A DNA stretch of 64,000 bases from IMGVR_UViG_3300030099_004448:124001-188000, one strand, 5' to 3'; shown: positions 26,333-35,966, numbered from the stretch's first letter. Notes: generated by a model from the sequence alone, not told the origin. A program made the numbers and translations.

Positions 26333-26521
26333 ATGAAGAACACTAACGACATTGAATTTTTCACAGTCGAATACTGGCAAAAAAACTGGGATAGTCTTAT
26401 GGAAAGAGTAGAAAACGGAGAAACCATTGGAGTTGAAAATGAGGAAGGGGAACGGGCTGTAATGGTGCCTGCAGACGATGAACTGATTAAAATATACACG
26501 GAACATAACGAAGCATCCTGA
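26333..26521 (+). CDS. Phd/YefM-like (antitoxin N-terminal fold) small protein
   Basis: FTVEYWQKNWDSLMERVENGETIGVENEEGERAVMVP fits the Phd/YefM beta-alpha-alpha-beta-beta pattern; ATAAATA immediately upstream. Confidence 0.5.
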   Translation: MKNTNDIEFFTVEYWQKNWDSLMERVENGETIGVENEEGERAVMVPADDELIKIYTEHNEAS

Positions 26522-26526
26522 CTTCT

Positions 26527-26599
26527 GGGGGATTAGCAATCTGGTGAATGCACCGAACTCATAATTCGGCTAAGGTGGGTTCGATCCCCTCATCCCCCA
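26527..26599 (+). tRNA. tRNA with CAU anticodon (elongator Met or Ile2; not initiator)
   Basis: Acceptor GGGGGAT/ATCCCCC with a G1-C72 pair, anticodon stem CCGAA/TTCGG, loop CTCATAA; one U-U mismatch in the T-stem. Confidence 0.85.
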
Positions 26600-26628
26600 T
26601 TGACAGATCCCTGTCAATCCCTTACAAT
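26600..26628 (+). promoter_or_regulatory. Sigma70-like promoter with a palindrome over the -35 box
   Basis: TTGACA-17 nt-TACAAT; TTGACAG-ATCC-CTGTCAA inverted repeat at 26600-26617. Confidence 0.7.
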
Positions 26629-26651
26629 ACTGAGGTAAACACACAAGACCA

Positions 26652-26870
26652 ATGGCACTCACTACTAAGTTCAAGAAAGACATTCAAATGTTGAAGTCTG
26701 CTGCGAACGGAGATTGTTATCTCGATGTAAAGAATCCGAAACTTTACAAGAAAGTTCGTCGCTTCTATGAACAGAACGGAGTAGTCTTCTCGGGTGATGC
26801 GCTTGATGACTACGAAATGCTTATGGAGAACCTGTATGCAGATCTGTCTTCTGAAGGAGTACTCGCGTGA
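26652..26870 (+). CDS. Small hypothetical protein
   Basis: 72-aa ORF directly downstream of the promoter. Confidence 0.7.
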   Translation: MALTTKFKKDIQMLKSAANGDCYLDVKNPKLYKKVRRFYEQNGVVFSGDALDDYEMLMENLYADLSSEGVLA

Positions 26871-27100
26871 AGATCATCCTTGAGCGTTTTCCCTATCGTT
26901 ATGTTGAATGTGGAACCTTAGATAACGGGTTCCCCGACTACCGTATTCAAAAAGCGGATAGTTGGACCAAACGTTATAGTGACATGTATCTTCTTGACAA
27001 TCAGATGCAACTTCTGACTGCGATGGAAGACTTTGAGTACACCAAATGGCTTGATCCAGAAGGTGTACCTTGTTATCAAAAAGACTCGGTAAGTCGTTAA
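26867..27100 (+). CDS. Small hypothetical protein
   Basis: GTG start overlapping the previous stop; 77 aa. Confidence 0.7.
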   Translation: MKIILERFPYRYVECGTLDNGFPDYRIQKADSWTKRYSDMYLLDNQMQLLTAMEDFEYTKWLDPEGVPCYQKDSVSR

Positions 27101-27104
27101 TCTA

Positions 27105-27277
27105 GCCCTGGTCGGTGAAGGATCCCCTTCAATCCCGAAGTTTCCTAGTTCTTAAAACTAGGTGGTGGAGTCAATCCCCTTTTGCCCGTGATGGAGACAC
27201 GATAACAACCCTGGTGCGGATGGGATTATCTCCCGCTCTGTTTCTTGTTTCAGGTAAAAAAACAAGTGGCGTGCATG
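27105..27277 (+). ncRNA. Tandem structured RNA resembling the cyanophage wcaG/manA RNA motifs
   Basis: Two units of CCCTGGT-hairpin-TTTC-stem-TGGYG; lies 5' of a WcaG-family epimerase. The Rfam assignment is from memory and unverified. Confidence 0.7.
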
Positions 27278-27290
27278 AAAAGACCTCCCG

Positions 27291-27325
27291 AGACCCTTGA
27301 CATCAAGGGTCTTTTTTTGTATCAT
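27291..27325 (+). terminator. Intrinsic terminator with an embedded sigma70-like promoter
   Basis: AGACCCTTGA/TCAAGGGTCT hairpin plus T-tract; contains TTGACA(27297)-17 nt-TATCAT(27320). Confidence 0.7.
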
Positions 27326-27351
27326 ATATAAGTATAGTCTAAACACAAGTC

Positions 27352-28452
27352 ATGTCTGAAACTAGAAAAACTGCACTGGTTCTCGGTGCAGGTGGATTTA
27401 TTGGAAGTCACATGGTGAAGAGACTCAAGTCCGAAGGATATTGGGTCCGTGGTGTAGATCTTAAGTACCCAGAATTTTCTGCAACTGCTGCAGATGAATT
27501 TGTTCAGGGTGATCTGCGTGATGTAGAATTCGTTCGTCGGGTCATTCAGTTCAAGGGTGAGCAAGGAAATTTCTATAATTCAGTACCTTACCGTTACATC
27601 CGTCCTTTCGACGAGATCTATCAGTTCGCTGCTGATATGGGTGGTGCAGGTTTCGTTTTCACTGGAGAGAATGATGCAGACATCATGCACAACTCCGTAT
27701 CTATCAACCTGAATGTCCTTGAGGAAGTTCGTAAACTCAATGAGACTTTTGATGGAGAACCTGCTAATCATGAGTGTGTGCGTCCTGCACTAGATCAACC
27801 TACTAAGATCTTCTATTCTGGTTCTGCTTGCATGTATCCAGAACACAACCAACTTGACCCTAATAATCCCGATTGCCGTGAAGAATCCGCATATCCAGCA
27901 AACCCTGATTCGGAATATGGATGGGAGAAACTCTTTAGTGAGAGACTCTACTTCGCATATCATCGCAACCATGGTATCCCTGTTAGGGTTACTCGTTATC
28001 ATAACATTTTTGGACCCGAAGGGACCTGGGAGGGTGGAAGAGAGAAAGCTCCAGCTGCAATCTGCCGTAAAGTCGCCTATCTTCCTGAGGAAGGTGGAGC
28101 AATCGAGGTGTGGGGAGACGGCTTACAGACTCGTTCCTTCCTGTTCATTGATGAATGCATTGAAGCGTCTCGACGGTTGATGGACTCCGACTTCATTGGA
28201 CCTGTAAACATTGGTTCTGAAGAGATGGTAACCATCAATGAACTTGTAGAAACTGCTGCTCGAGTCTCTGGGAAGGAAGTAAGAAAGATTCACAAACTGG
28301 ATGCTCCTCTGGGTGTTCGTGGACGCAACTCTAACAACGATGTTGTCCGCAGAGAACTTGGGTGGGATTATTCGCAAACTCTTGAGGAAGGTATTCGTAA
28401 AACCTACAACTGGATCTCTGAACAAATTATTAACAACCAAAATGAAAATTGA
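27352..28452 (+). CDS. NAD-dependent epimerase, GDP-mannose 3,5-epimerase (GME)-like
   Basis: GAGGFIG, AADMGG, SACMYPE, YGWEK, GTWEGGREKAPAAICRK and WGDGLQTRSF, all characteristic of GME-type extended SDRs. Confidence 0.88.
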   Translation: MSETRKTALVLGAGGFIGSHMVKRLKSEGYWVRGVDLKYPEFSATAADEFVQGDLRDVEFVRRVIQFKGEQGNFYNSVPYRYIRPFDEIYQFAADMGGAGFVFTGENDADIMHNSVSINLNVLEEVRKLNETFDGEPANHECVRPALDQPTKIFYSGSACMYPEHNQLDPNNPDCREESAYPANPDSEYGWEKLFSERLYFAYHRNHGIPVRVTRYHNIFGPEGTWEGGREKAPAAICRKVAYLPEEGGAIEVWGDGLQTRSFLFIDECIEASRRLMDSDFIGPVNIGSEEMVTINELVETAARVSGKEVRKIHKLDAPLGVRGRNSNNDVVRRELGWDYSQTLEEGIRKTYNWISEQIINNQNEN

Positions 28453-29011
28453 CATCGTTCGTGACGAAGTAAAGTCATTAGATATTGATCATCTCAAAGC
28501 TCTGTCACTCAATCCTAATGATTGGCAGGCAGCAGGTGTCAGTGAGTATCGACTCTATGCATATCTGTCTACTTTCTTTAATAAGACTACCATTCTAGAC
28601 ATTGGTACTAGAACTGGTGGTTCTGCCCTTTCACTTTCATACAATCCACAGAACACTGTACGCAGTTATGATCTTGTGGAACAGGGTGCAAGTACTATCA
28701 AAAAAGATAATCTTTCATTCTTCATTGGTAATTTCATGGAGGATGAAGATATCGACTGGGATAATGTTTCTATTGTCATGATCGATGTTGATCCTCACGA
28801 TGGTGCTCAGGAACGAGTCATGATGGACTGGTTGCGAGATAAAGGTTGGAAGGGTATCATGCTTCATGATGATATCGGTCCTGGTTGGCCTGATATCCAA
28901 CTCATGTGGGATGAAATTCCCGAACCTAAAATTGATGTTACTGAGATCGCTCACATGAGTGGTACTGGTCTTGTCAATTTTGGTGAAGCACACGAAGTCT
29001 CTGTTGTATGA
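28442..29011 (+). CDS. Class I SAM-dependent methyltransferase-like protein
   Basis: ILDIGTRTGGSA motif I; IDVDPHDG; LHDD. Confidence 0.7.
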   Translation: MKIDIVRDEVKSLDIDHLKALSLNPNDWQAAGVSEYRLYAYLSTFFNKTTILDIGTRTGGSALSLSYNPQNTVRSYDLVEQGASTIKKDNLSFFIGNFMEDEDIDWDNVSIVMIDVDPHDGAQERVMMDWLRDKGWKGIMLHDDIGPGWPDIQLMWDEIPEPKIDVTEIAHMSGTGLVNFGEAHEVSVV

Positions 29012-29862
29012 TGAAAATTCTTGTTCTTGGTTCTAGTGGTCAGGTTGGTGCATACCTGGTTGAGTATCTTCGTGAGAAAGGTCACGAAGTAATTGAGTTT
29101 GATAAAAACAAAGATCCTCATTGGCAGGATCTTACGGTGAATAATAATGCATATCTTATGGAGTGCATGATCAAGGCAGACTTTGTGTTCTTCCTTGCAT
29201 TTGACGTTGGTGGATCTAGGTATCTGAAGAAGTATCAACACACTTATCGATTCCTCCATAACAATACAAAGATGATGGCAAACGTCTTTGAACAACTTGA
29301 AGCCAATAAGAAACCATTTGTCTTTGCATCATCTCAGATGAGCAATATGTCTTACTCACCTTATGGTGTTGCTAAGAAGATGGGAGAACTATACACCAAA
29401 GCCCTTGGTGGTAAGATCGTTCACTTCTGGAATGTCTATGGTATTGAAAAAGACATGGACAAGGCACACGTCATCACTGACTTCATTAAGAAGGGATTTG
29501 AAACGGGTGATATCTCTATGTTGACAGATGGAACTGAACAACGTGAGTTCCTCTATGCAGAAGATTGTTGTGAAGCCTTAGAGTCTGTCATGGAAAACTA
29601 TGATAAACTCGATTCGGAAGATAATCTACACATCACTTCTTTTGAAGCAACTAGTATTCTTGATATTGGTCGCATCATCCAAGGATTGTTTGCAGAGGTT
29701 GGTCGTAGTGTAACTGTTACACCTGCAGAATCTAAAGACGAGGTTCAGAAAGATAAGAGAAATGAGGCAGACAGGTTCATTACTAAGTATTGGAATCCCA
29801 AAACCACAATTCAAGATGGTATTCGTAACGTATTTAATGACATGAAAGGAGAGTTCCTATGA
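29008..29862 (+). CDS. NAD-dependent epimerase/dehydratase
   Basis: LVLGSSGQVG; YGVAK (YxxxK); NVYG; DGTEQREFLY. Confidence 0.9.
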   Translation: MMKILVLGSSGQVGAYLVEYLREKGHEVIEFDKNKDPHWQDLTVNNNAYLMECMIKADFVFFLAFDVGGSRYLKKYQHTYRFLHNNTKMMANVFEQLEANKKPFVFASSQMSNMSYSPYGVAKKMGELYTKALGGKIVHFWNVYGIEKDMDKAHVITDFIKKGFETGDISMLTDGTEQREFLYAEDCCEALESVMENYDKLDSEDNLHITSFEATSILDIGRIIQGLFAEVGRSVTVTPAESKDEVQKDKRNEADRFITKYWNPKTTIQDGIRNVFNDMKGEFL

Positions 29863-30071
29863 AACTACTTACACTTGAAGATTATCAGAAGGCAGGTGAG
29901 ACTTTTTGGCCAAAGTATTGGTATGTTGCCAAAGAACTTGGTGAAGATGCCAAGGCAGAGGACATTTTGAAGTGCATGGAAGCTGTTGGTACAGTTGCAC
30001 TGAGATTCAAGATGGAAGAGAAAGAAGGTCCGTTCGGTTTTAACAAAACAGAAAAAAATAATGAAGATTAA
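29859..30071 (+). CDS. Small hypothetical protein
   Basis: ORF coupled to both neighbours. Confidence 0.65.
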   Translation: MKLLTLEDYQKAGETFWPKYWYVAKELGEDAKAEDILKCMEAVGTVALRFKMEEKEGPFGFNKTEKNNED

Positions 30072-30852
30072 TTTGATTTGCAACGACTCATTGTTGCCCT
30101 CTACATCAGACAAAAACACTGCTAAGAATACTGAATGGGTCTATGATGGATCGGGTGCGGTGAGTTTGTATGTCAATCAGAAATCTTTAGATATATTGCA
30201 AGATGTCTCTAGCACGCCTAAGTATATTTGGCTATTAGAGTCAAAACAAATTATCCAGGGGATCTATGATTGGATTCTTACAAACTATGACTTTGTTGCT
30301 TCCAGAGTGGACGGTATTTTTAGTTGCGATAAAGAACTCTGCGAAAAATATCCGAAGTTCTTTTACGCACTGAGTAACGCTGCACCATGGATTGAAGAAC
30401 GTCAGATCTATGAGAAGACTAAACTAGTCTCCATGATTTCTTCAAACAAAGCAATGGTTCCTGGTCATCGCAAGAGACTGGAATTCGTCCAAAAATTTAG
30501 AGATCAAGTTGATCTTTATGGTAGGGGATTTAATGACCTTCCCCGTAAGGAAGAGGGTATTCGAGATTACATGTTCTCTGTGGCAGTAGAGAACGCCGTC
30601 TATGATACATACTTTACGGAGAAACTTACAGACTGTTTCGCCACAGGAACGATTCCTGTCTTCTACGGTTGTAGAGGAGTCACAGAATATTTCAACGAAG
30701 ATGGAATTATATTCCTAGATGATGACTTTGACATTTCCACACTGACTGAAGATCTTTATCATTCCAAATTGGATGCGGTTAAAGATAACTTTGAACGTGC
30801 CAACAACCTGCCAGTGGCAGAAGATTATCTATATGAAACTTATTGGAAATGA
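30061..30852 (+). CDS. Glycosyltransferase, GT10 (alpha-1,3-fucosyltransferase)-like
   Basis: YMFSVAVEN...YFTEKLTDCFATGTIPVFYG, the GT10 signature. Confidence 0.8.
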   Translation: MKINLICNDSLLPSTSDKNTAKNTEWVYDGSGAVSLYVNQKSLDILQDVSSTPKYIWLLESKQIIQGIYDWILTNYDFVASRVDGIFSCDKELCEKYPKFFYALSNAAPWIEERQIYEKTKLVSMISSNKAMVPGHRKRLEFVQKFRDQVDLYGRGFNDLPRKEEGIRDYMFSVAVENAVYDTYFTEKLTDCFATGTIPVFYGCRGVTEYFNEDGIIFLDDDFDISTLTEDLYHSKLDAVKDNFERANNLPVAEDYLYETYWK

Positions 30853-31514
30853 GTAGTCGATTTAGTTATTTTGGAGAGAATGACATCACACTCACTGGTG
30901 TCATTCACGTCGGTGCCCACAGGGGTGAAGAGGTCAATGAATATGAAGACCTTGGCGCTAAACAAGTCATTTGGGTTGAAGCGAACCCTGATGTATTTGA
31001 AGAGATGCGTGTTGCATTGACTAATGCTGAATCTACTATTGAATCTCATGCATTTCAATACGCTGCAAGTACAGAGGATCATGCTACTGTAAAGTTCAAC
31101 AGATATTATGGACCCGATGCTGGTTATCTTAGGGGTAACAAGGGATGTTCATCTCTTCTGAAAGCAGAGGGTAGATTTGAAGCCTGGTATAAAGATACAA
31201 TCGAAGTAGAAACCATTACTATTGATACTCTTTTAGAAGAGAATGACTTCAAAGTAGAAGACTTCCAACTCCTAAACATGGATGTTCAGGGTGCTGAGTT
31301 AATGGTTTTGAGGGGTTCTGAAAAAGTCCTAGATAATGTGAAGTGGGTTACCACTGAAGCAACCTGGGAAGATCCTGATTACATTGACAACGTAATGTAT
31401 GATGAGTTAAAATCTTTCTTGGAATCTAAAGGATTTGTTGAGACACAAATTATTCCCCATGCAGAGAACTGGGGTGATGTTCTTTTTGTAAAGGAGACCC
31501 ATGAACAGAGTTAA
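30849..31514 (+). CDS. FkbM-family methyltransferase
   Basis: HVGAHRGEE, VEANP, TIDTLL, LNMDVQGAELMVLRG. Confidence 0.88.
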   Translation: MSSRFSYFGENDITLTGVIHVGAHRGEEVNEYEDLGAKQVIWVEANPDVFEEMRVALTNAESTIESHAFQYAASTEDHATVKFNRYYGPDAGYLRGNKGCSSLLKAEGRFEAWYKDTIEVETITIDTLLEENDFKVEDFQLLNMDVQGAELMVLRGSEKVLDNVKWVTTEATWEDPDYIDNVMYDELKSFLESKGFVETQIIPHAENWGDVLFVKETHEQS

Positions 31515-32259
31515 GGATTTTCAAGAGTTAGAAACAAGAATCGTGACATGGATTAAAGATTATGTCACTAAGAACAAACTGAATAGTCTTGTAGTCGGGG
31601 TATCTGGAGGCATTGATTCTGCAGTAGTCTCGACTCTTTGTGCTAGAACTGGTCTGCCGACCTATGTTCTCTCGATGCCACTGAACTCAAGTTCTGCAAA
31701 CGATGACCTTTCGGATTCATACTCTAATTTCCTTGAGGACAATTATGAGAATGTAACTAAAATTCGAGTGGATCTAGGTAAAGTTTATCAGTCATTCATG
31801 GACAGTCTTGACTTCTGGTGTGGTGATGGTGAATATACGACGAGTGGTCTAGCAAATGCGAATACTAAATCTCGTATGCGTATGGTAACTTTGTATCAAG
31901 TTGCAGGAACCACTGGTGGAATTGTTGTGGGAACAGGAAATAAGGTTGAAGATTATGGAGTTGGGTTCTATACTAAGTACGGTGACGGTGGTGTAGACAT
32001 TGCACCTATCGCAGATCTATACAAGACTGAAGTATGGGAACTTGGTAAACACCTTGGTGTTGATCAACGTATCATTGATGCTCCTCCTACTGATGGTCTT
32101 TGGGATGACAGTCGAACTGATGAAGATCAGATTGGTGCATCCTATGAAGATCTAGAATATGCCATGGAACATGGAACTGGTCCTGCAGTCCGAATCCTCC
32201 ATGACTATCATACAAAAAACAAGCACAAAATGAATCCTATCCCGACTTTTGAACTATGA
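31501..32259 (+). CDS. nadE: NH3-dependent NAD+ synthetase
   Basis: GVSGGIDSAV (PP-loop), NTKSRMRM, GTGNKVE, TKYGDGGVD, PIADLYKTEV, PPTDGLW. Confidence 0.93.
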   Translation: MNRVKDFQELETRIVTWIKDYVTKNKLNSLVVGVSGGIDSAVVSTLCARTGLPTYVLSMPLNSSSANDDLSDSYSNFLEDNYENVTKIRVDLGKVYQSFMDSLDFWCGDGEYTTSGLANANTKSRMRMVTLYQVAGTTGGIVVGTGNKVEDYGVGFYTKYGDGGVDIAPIADLYKTEVWELGKHLGVDQRIIDAPPTDGLWDDSRTDEDQIGASYEDLEYAMEHGTGPAVRILHDYHTKNKHKMNPIPTFEL

Positions 32260-33401
32260 AAATTGGTCTTATTGGTGCAGGAAGACTCGGTATCTGTCTT
32301 GCTCTCTTGATCGAGAGGGCTGGGTATAATGTTTTGGTATCTGATATTCGTCCTGATTACGTTGACGCCTTAAATAGGAAGGAGATCGTAACGGAGGAAC
32401 CTGATGTCCAGTGGCTCCTTAAACAAACGGAAAGATTCGAGGCGACTTGGGAAAACCAACGTGTCATCGACGAGTGCGACTTTATTATTTGTCTTGTTGC
32501 AACTCCTTCTCTTAATGATGGTTCTTATGATATAAGTTCTGTTTGGAATGTTGTTGAAGACTTCAAAAAGTCTGAATCAAAACTAAACGGAAAAACTCTG
32601 GTGGTTGGATGTACAACTAACCCAGGAGATTGTGAGAAATTTAGTGAAGAGCTTTCATACTTTGGAGTGAATGTCGTTTACAATCCTGAATTTATTGCAC
32701 AGGGTACTATTGTTAGTGATTTGCAAAATGCAGATATGGTTCTCATCGGTGGTGCTGATGATGAGACCTATGAGTTCATGCAAGAAATTTATAGTCGCAT
32801 CCAAGCAAGTCCGCCTCGGTGGGGACGAATGTCTACAACTGCTGCAGAACTTGTAAAGATCGCAGTAAATTGTTTTCTGACTATGAAAATTAGTTATGCC
32901 AACATGGTTGGTGAAGTCATGATTCAAGCAGGTCTTGCGGATGAAATCGAGGGAGTCATGCAAGCCATCGGAGACGACTCTAGAATCGGAAATAAATATC
33001 TTAAGTTCGGGTATGGATTTGGTGGTCCATGTCTTCCAAGAGACAATCGTGCCTTTGCATCATTTGCATCTAAGGTTGGTGTCAAGTATAATCTTGGTGA
33101 GACTACTGATAACTTCAATGACGAACATGCGAAGTTCCTCTGTAATTACTATTTGAGCAAGAACAAAGATAGTAAACCCTTCTACTTCCGATATGTTTCA
33201 TATAAGGAAGGAACGGACATCCTTACGGAAAGTCAACAGTATCGCCTCTGCGAGGATCTTTTGTATCAAGGATACACTTGTTATGTTGACGACAACGAAA
33301 GTATTATCACCCAACTAAAACAAAATTCCAAATTAGATGTCACTAGACTTAAGTTTGGAAAACCACCAGAAGATGTACAAGTTATTGAGATTGACCTATG
33401 A
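32256..33401 (+). CDS. ugd: UDP-glucose/GDP-mannose 6-dehydrogenase family protein
   Basis: IGAGRLG, VATPS, YNPEFIAQG, AELVK...N, GFGGPCLPRD. Confidence 0.88.
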   Translation: MKIGLIGAGRLGICLALLIERAGYNVLVSDIRPDYVDALNRKEIVTEEPDVQWLLKQTERFEATWENQRVIDECDFIICLVATPSLNDGSYDISSVWNVVEDFKKSESKLNGKTLVVGCTTNPGDCEKFSEELSYFGVNVVYNPEFIAQGTIVSDLQNADMVLIGGADDETYEFMQEIYSRIQASPPRWGRMSTTAAELVKIAVNCFLTMKISYANMVGEVMIQAGLADEIEGVMQAIGDDSRIGNKYLKFGYGFGGPCLPRDNRAFASFASKVGVKYNLGETTDNFNDEHAKFLCNYYLSKNKDSKPFYFRYVSYKEGTDILTESQQYRLCEDLLYQGYTCYVDDNESIITQLKQNSKLDVTRLKFGKPPEDVQVIEIDL

Positions 33402-34258
33402 TCGGGTACAACAGACTCGGAAGTAACGGACGTTTGGGAAACCAAATGTTTCAATATGCATCATTAAGAGGCATTGCAGATAAAAATGGATATGATTGGT
33501 GTATTCCTCCTGAGGAATATGATCATAAGGATAACTATGGTTTGTTTGAAACTTTCAAACTAATTAGTGTTGCGCCAAAGAATATTGGATTTGTTCAGGG
33601 TGATTATGTGCAAGAAAATGATCATTGTTTTTTAGAAGACTTTTTCAATGTTCTTCCAGACAACGTTAGTTTAGATGGATACTTTCAAACAGAAAAATAC
33701 TTCTCGCACATTAGAGAAGAAATACTCGCGGATTACACATTCAGGGACGATTTCTTCCTTCCTTGTAAACAGTATGTTGATAGTCTGGATGTGCCTCCTA
33801 TCTTCCTGCATATTCGTCAGTCTGATAACATCGGAAGAGAAGAATACCACCCCATTCTTCCCCTTACATATTATGAAGAAGCTCTGAAAGAGTTTCCTGA
33901 AGATACCCCTTGTTTTGTTCTTACAGACGATATTGAGTGGTGTAAGAAACAACCGTTCTTTGATAATGATAGATTCATGTTCAATGAGAACAATGATCGG
34001 TATCAATACCAGACTATTGATGGTCTTGGACGTATGCAGAATACTCTTCTGCCCCAGGTTGATCTCTGTCTTATGAGTCTTTGTTCTGGTGCTATCATTG
34101 CAAACTCATCATTCTCTTGGTGGGGAGCATGGTTGCAGGATGATGCGGGTAAGGTTGTTGCACCTAATCCTAAGAAGTGGTTTGGTACTGCCATGACGCA
34201 TCTAGATACCTCAGACATCGTGCCTCATCGTTGGATTATTAAAGAGTGGAGTAAGTAA
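33398..34258 (+). CDS. GT11 alpha-1,2-fucosyltransferase-like #1
   Basis: GRLGNQMFQYA, GYFQTEKYF, HIR, IIANSSFSWWGAWL. Confidence 0.92.
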   Translation: MIGYNRLGSNGRLGNQMFQYASLRGIADKNGYDWCIPPEEYDHKDNYGLFETFKLISVAPKNIGFVQGDYVQENDHCFLEDFFNVLPDNVSLDGYFQTEKYFSHIREEILADYTFRDDFFLPCKQYVDSLDVPPIFLHIRQSDNIGREEYHPILPLTYYEEALKEFPEDTPCFVLTDDIEWCKKQPFFDNDRFMFNENNDRYQYQTIDGLGRMQNTLLPQVDLCLMSLCSGAIIANSSFSWWGAWLQDDAGKVVAPNPKKWFGTAMTHLDTSDIVPHRWIIKEWSK

Positions 34259-35154
34259 TGGCTGTAACATTTAAAGGACTTGGTAACGAGGGTCGCCTTG
34301 GTAACCAAATGTTTCAATATGCCTTTGTCCGAGGTGTGGCTGCAAACCGTGGATTTGATTGGATGATCCCTGGCCCAAATGCAGATAGACTTGATAACTA
34401 TGGTTTGTTCGATGCATTTGAACTAACCAACTGCGATCTAAATAGGAACACTGGAGAACCCTTCTACAAAACAGTAGAATATAGGGATATGCACTTCAAT
34501 GAAGAAATCTATGACCGTTGCGAGGACAATACCAATTTCTCTGGTAATTTCCAAACGGAGAGATATTTTGAGACAATCGCGGCGTCTATCCGTGAGGATT
34601 TCACTTTTAAAAAGGCGTATCTGGAACCGTGCCAAGATTTTATTGATAGTCTTGGTGGACGTGATGAGTGTATCTTTTTGCACGTTCGTAGAGGTAATCC
34701 GAATCTTACTGGACGTAGAGGGGAAAAGTGGTCTTATCAGATGGTGCAAGAATACCACCCTCTCTGTAAAGCTGAATATTATGTACGGGCCCTCCAAGAG
34801 TTCCCCGAAGACAAAACAGTCATCGTCGTCTCAGACGTAATCGACTGGTGTAAGAAACAACCCTATCTTCAGGGAGATCGATTCCAATTCTCAGACTCAT
34901 CTTATGAGGTCTTTGGTGATGGTGCATCCGTTCCTTATGTTGACCTCTGTTTAATGAGTCTTTGTGGTGGTGCTATCATCGCCAACTCTTCTCTATCATG
35001 GTGGGGTGCATGGTTGCAAGGTGATACAGGAAAGGTAGTTGTACCCGATCCCTGGTTTGGACCTGCATATGACCACTACAACATGAAGGATATGATTCCA
35101 GATCGATGGGTCAAACTCCACAACGATCCATCCCCAGTTACTCCAGAACAATGA
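34258..35154 (+). CDS. GT11 alpha-1,2-fucosyltransferase-like #2
   Basis: GRLGNQMFQYA, HVRRG, IIANSSLSWWGAWL. Confidence 0.92.
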   Translation: MAVTFKGLGNEGRLGNQMFQYAFVRGVAANRGFDWMIPGPNADRLDNYGLFDAFELTNCDLNRNTGEPFYKTVEYRDMHFNEEIYDRCEDNTNFSGNFQTERYFETIAASIREDFTFKKAYLEPCQDFIDSLGGRDECIFLHVRRGNPNLTGRRGEKWSYQMVQEYHPLCKAEYYVRALQEFPEDKTVIVVSDVIDWCKKQPYLQGDRFQFSDSSYEVFGDGASVPYVDLCLMSLCGGAIIANSSLSWWGAWLQGDTGKVVVPDPWFGPAYDHYNMKDMIPDRWVKLHNDPSPVTPEQ

Positions 35155-35966
35155 AAGATTTAACATTCCTATTACCATGTCGCATTGAGTCTGAAGATCG
35201 ACTCAAAAATGTAATTACATCTACGACATATCTCCTCAAGAACTTTCCAGAAGCAAAAGTAATTCTGAAAGAAGTTGATACCAGGTCACACTTCAAGTTT
35301 CGTGCCCTACCTATCATCAAAAAGTATGTAAATACGGATCAACTCACTCACATCTTTGAGGAGAGTAATGAGAAGTTCTTTCATAAGACTCGTATCTTGA
35401 ATGATCTTTTGGTTGCTTCTGATACTTCTATCGTTTATAATCATGACGTGGATGTAGTTCTTCCCAAAGAAAGTTATGAACTCGCATACGCTGCAATTAA
35501 AAAGGGTCAATCTGATGCAGTATATCCTTTTGGTTGCGGAGTCTATCAATGGGCTGTAAACTATTCCGAATCAATTTTCAGTCAGTTCTTGGATTCTGAT
35601 TTTGATTTCAGTACACTTGATGAAGGTAAATTTAGAGTTGCTTCATCTATTGGTTGGGGTCAAATGATCAAAAGAGATACTGAGATTGAAGTTGGTATGT
35701 GGAATGAAAACTTCATCTCATGGGGTGCGGAGGATTGTGAGTTCTACTTCCGTCTGAATAGTTTTGGTCGAAAGGTGGGTAGAGTTCTTGGTGACATCTA
35801 TCACTTTGAACACGGTAGAACATTCAACTCGCACTACCATAATCCCAAGTTCATGGATAACCACAATCTATGGCAAGATATTAGAACGTGGGATGCCGAT
35901 AAACTTATTGAGTATTATCAAAAACAAGATTACAACGCAAAGAGGTTAGAAGAACTGTCATGCTAG
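35151..35966 (+). CDS. GT-A fold glycosyltransferase (GT2/GT7C-like)
   Basis: FHKTRILN, HDVD (DxD), WNENFISWGAEDCEF, YHFEH. Confidence 0.85.
   Translation: MKDLTFLLPCRIESEDRLKNVITSTTYLLKNFPEAKVILKEVDTRSHFKFRALPIIKKYVNTDQLTHIFEESNEKFFHKTRILNDLLVASDTSIVYNHDVDVVLPKESYELAYAAIKKGQSDAVYPFGCGVYQWAVNYSESIFSQFLDSDFDFSTLDEGKFRVASSIGWGQMIKRDTEIEVGMWNENFISWGAEDCEFYFRLNSFGRKVGRVLGDIYHFEHGRTFNSHYHNPKFMDNHNLWQDIRTWDADKLIEYYQKQDYNAKRLEELSC

Noticed and set aside
27115-27346. ORFs 27115..27300 (+) and 27158..27346 (-)
   Set aside because: They overlap the structured RNA and terminator; the region is better explained as non-coding.
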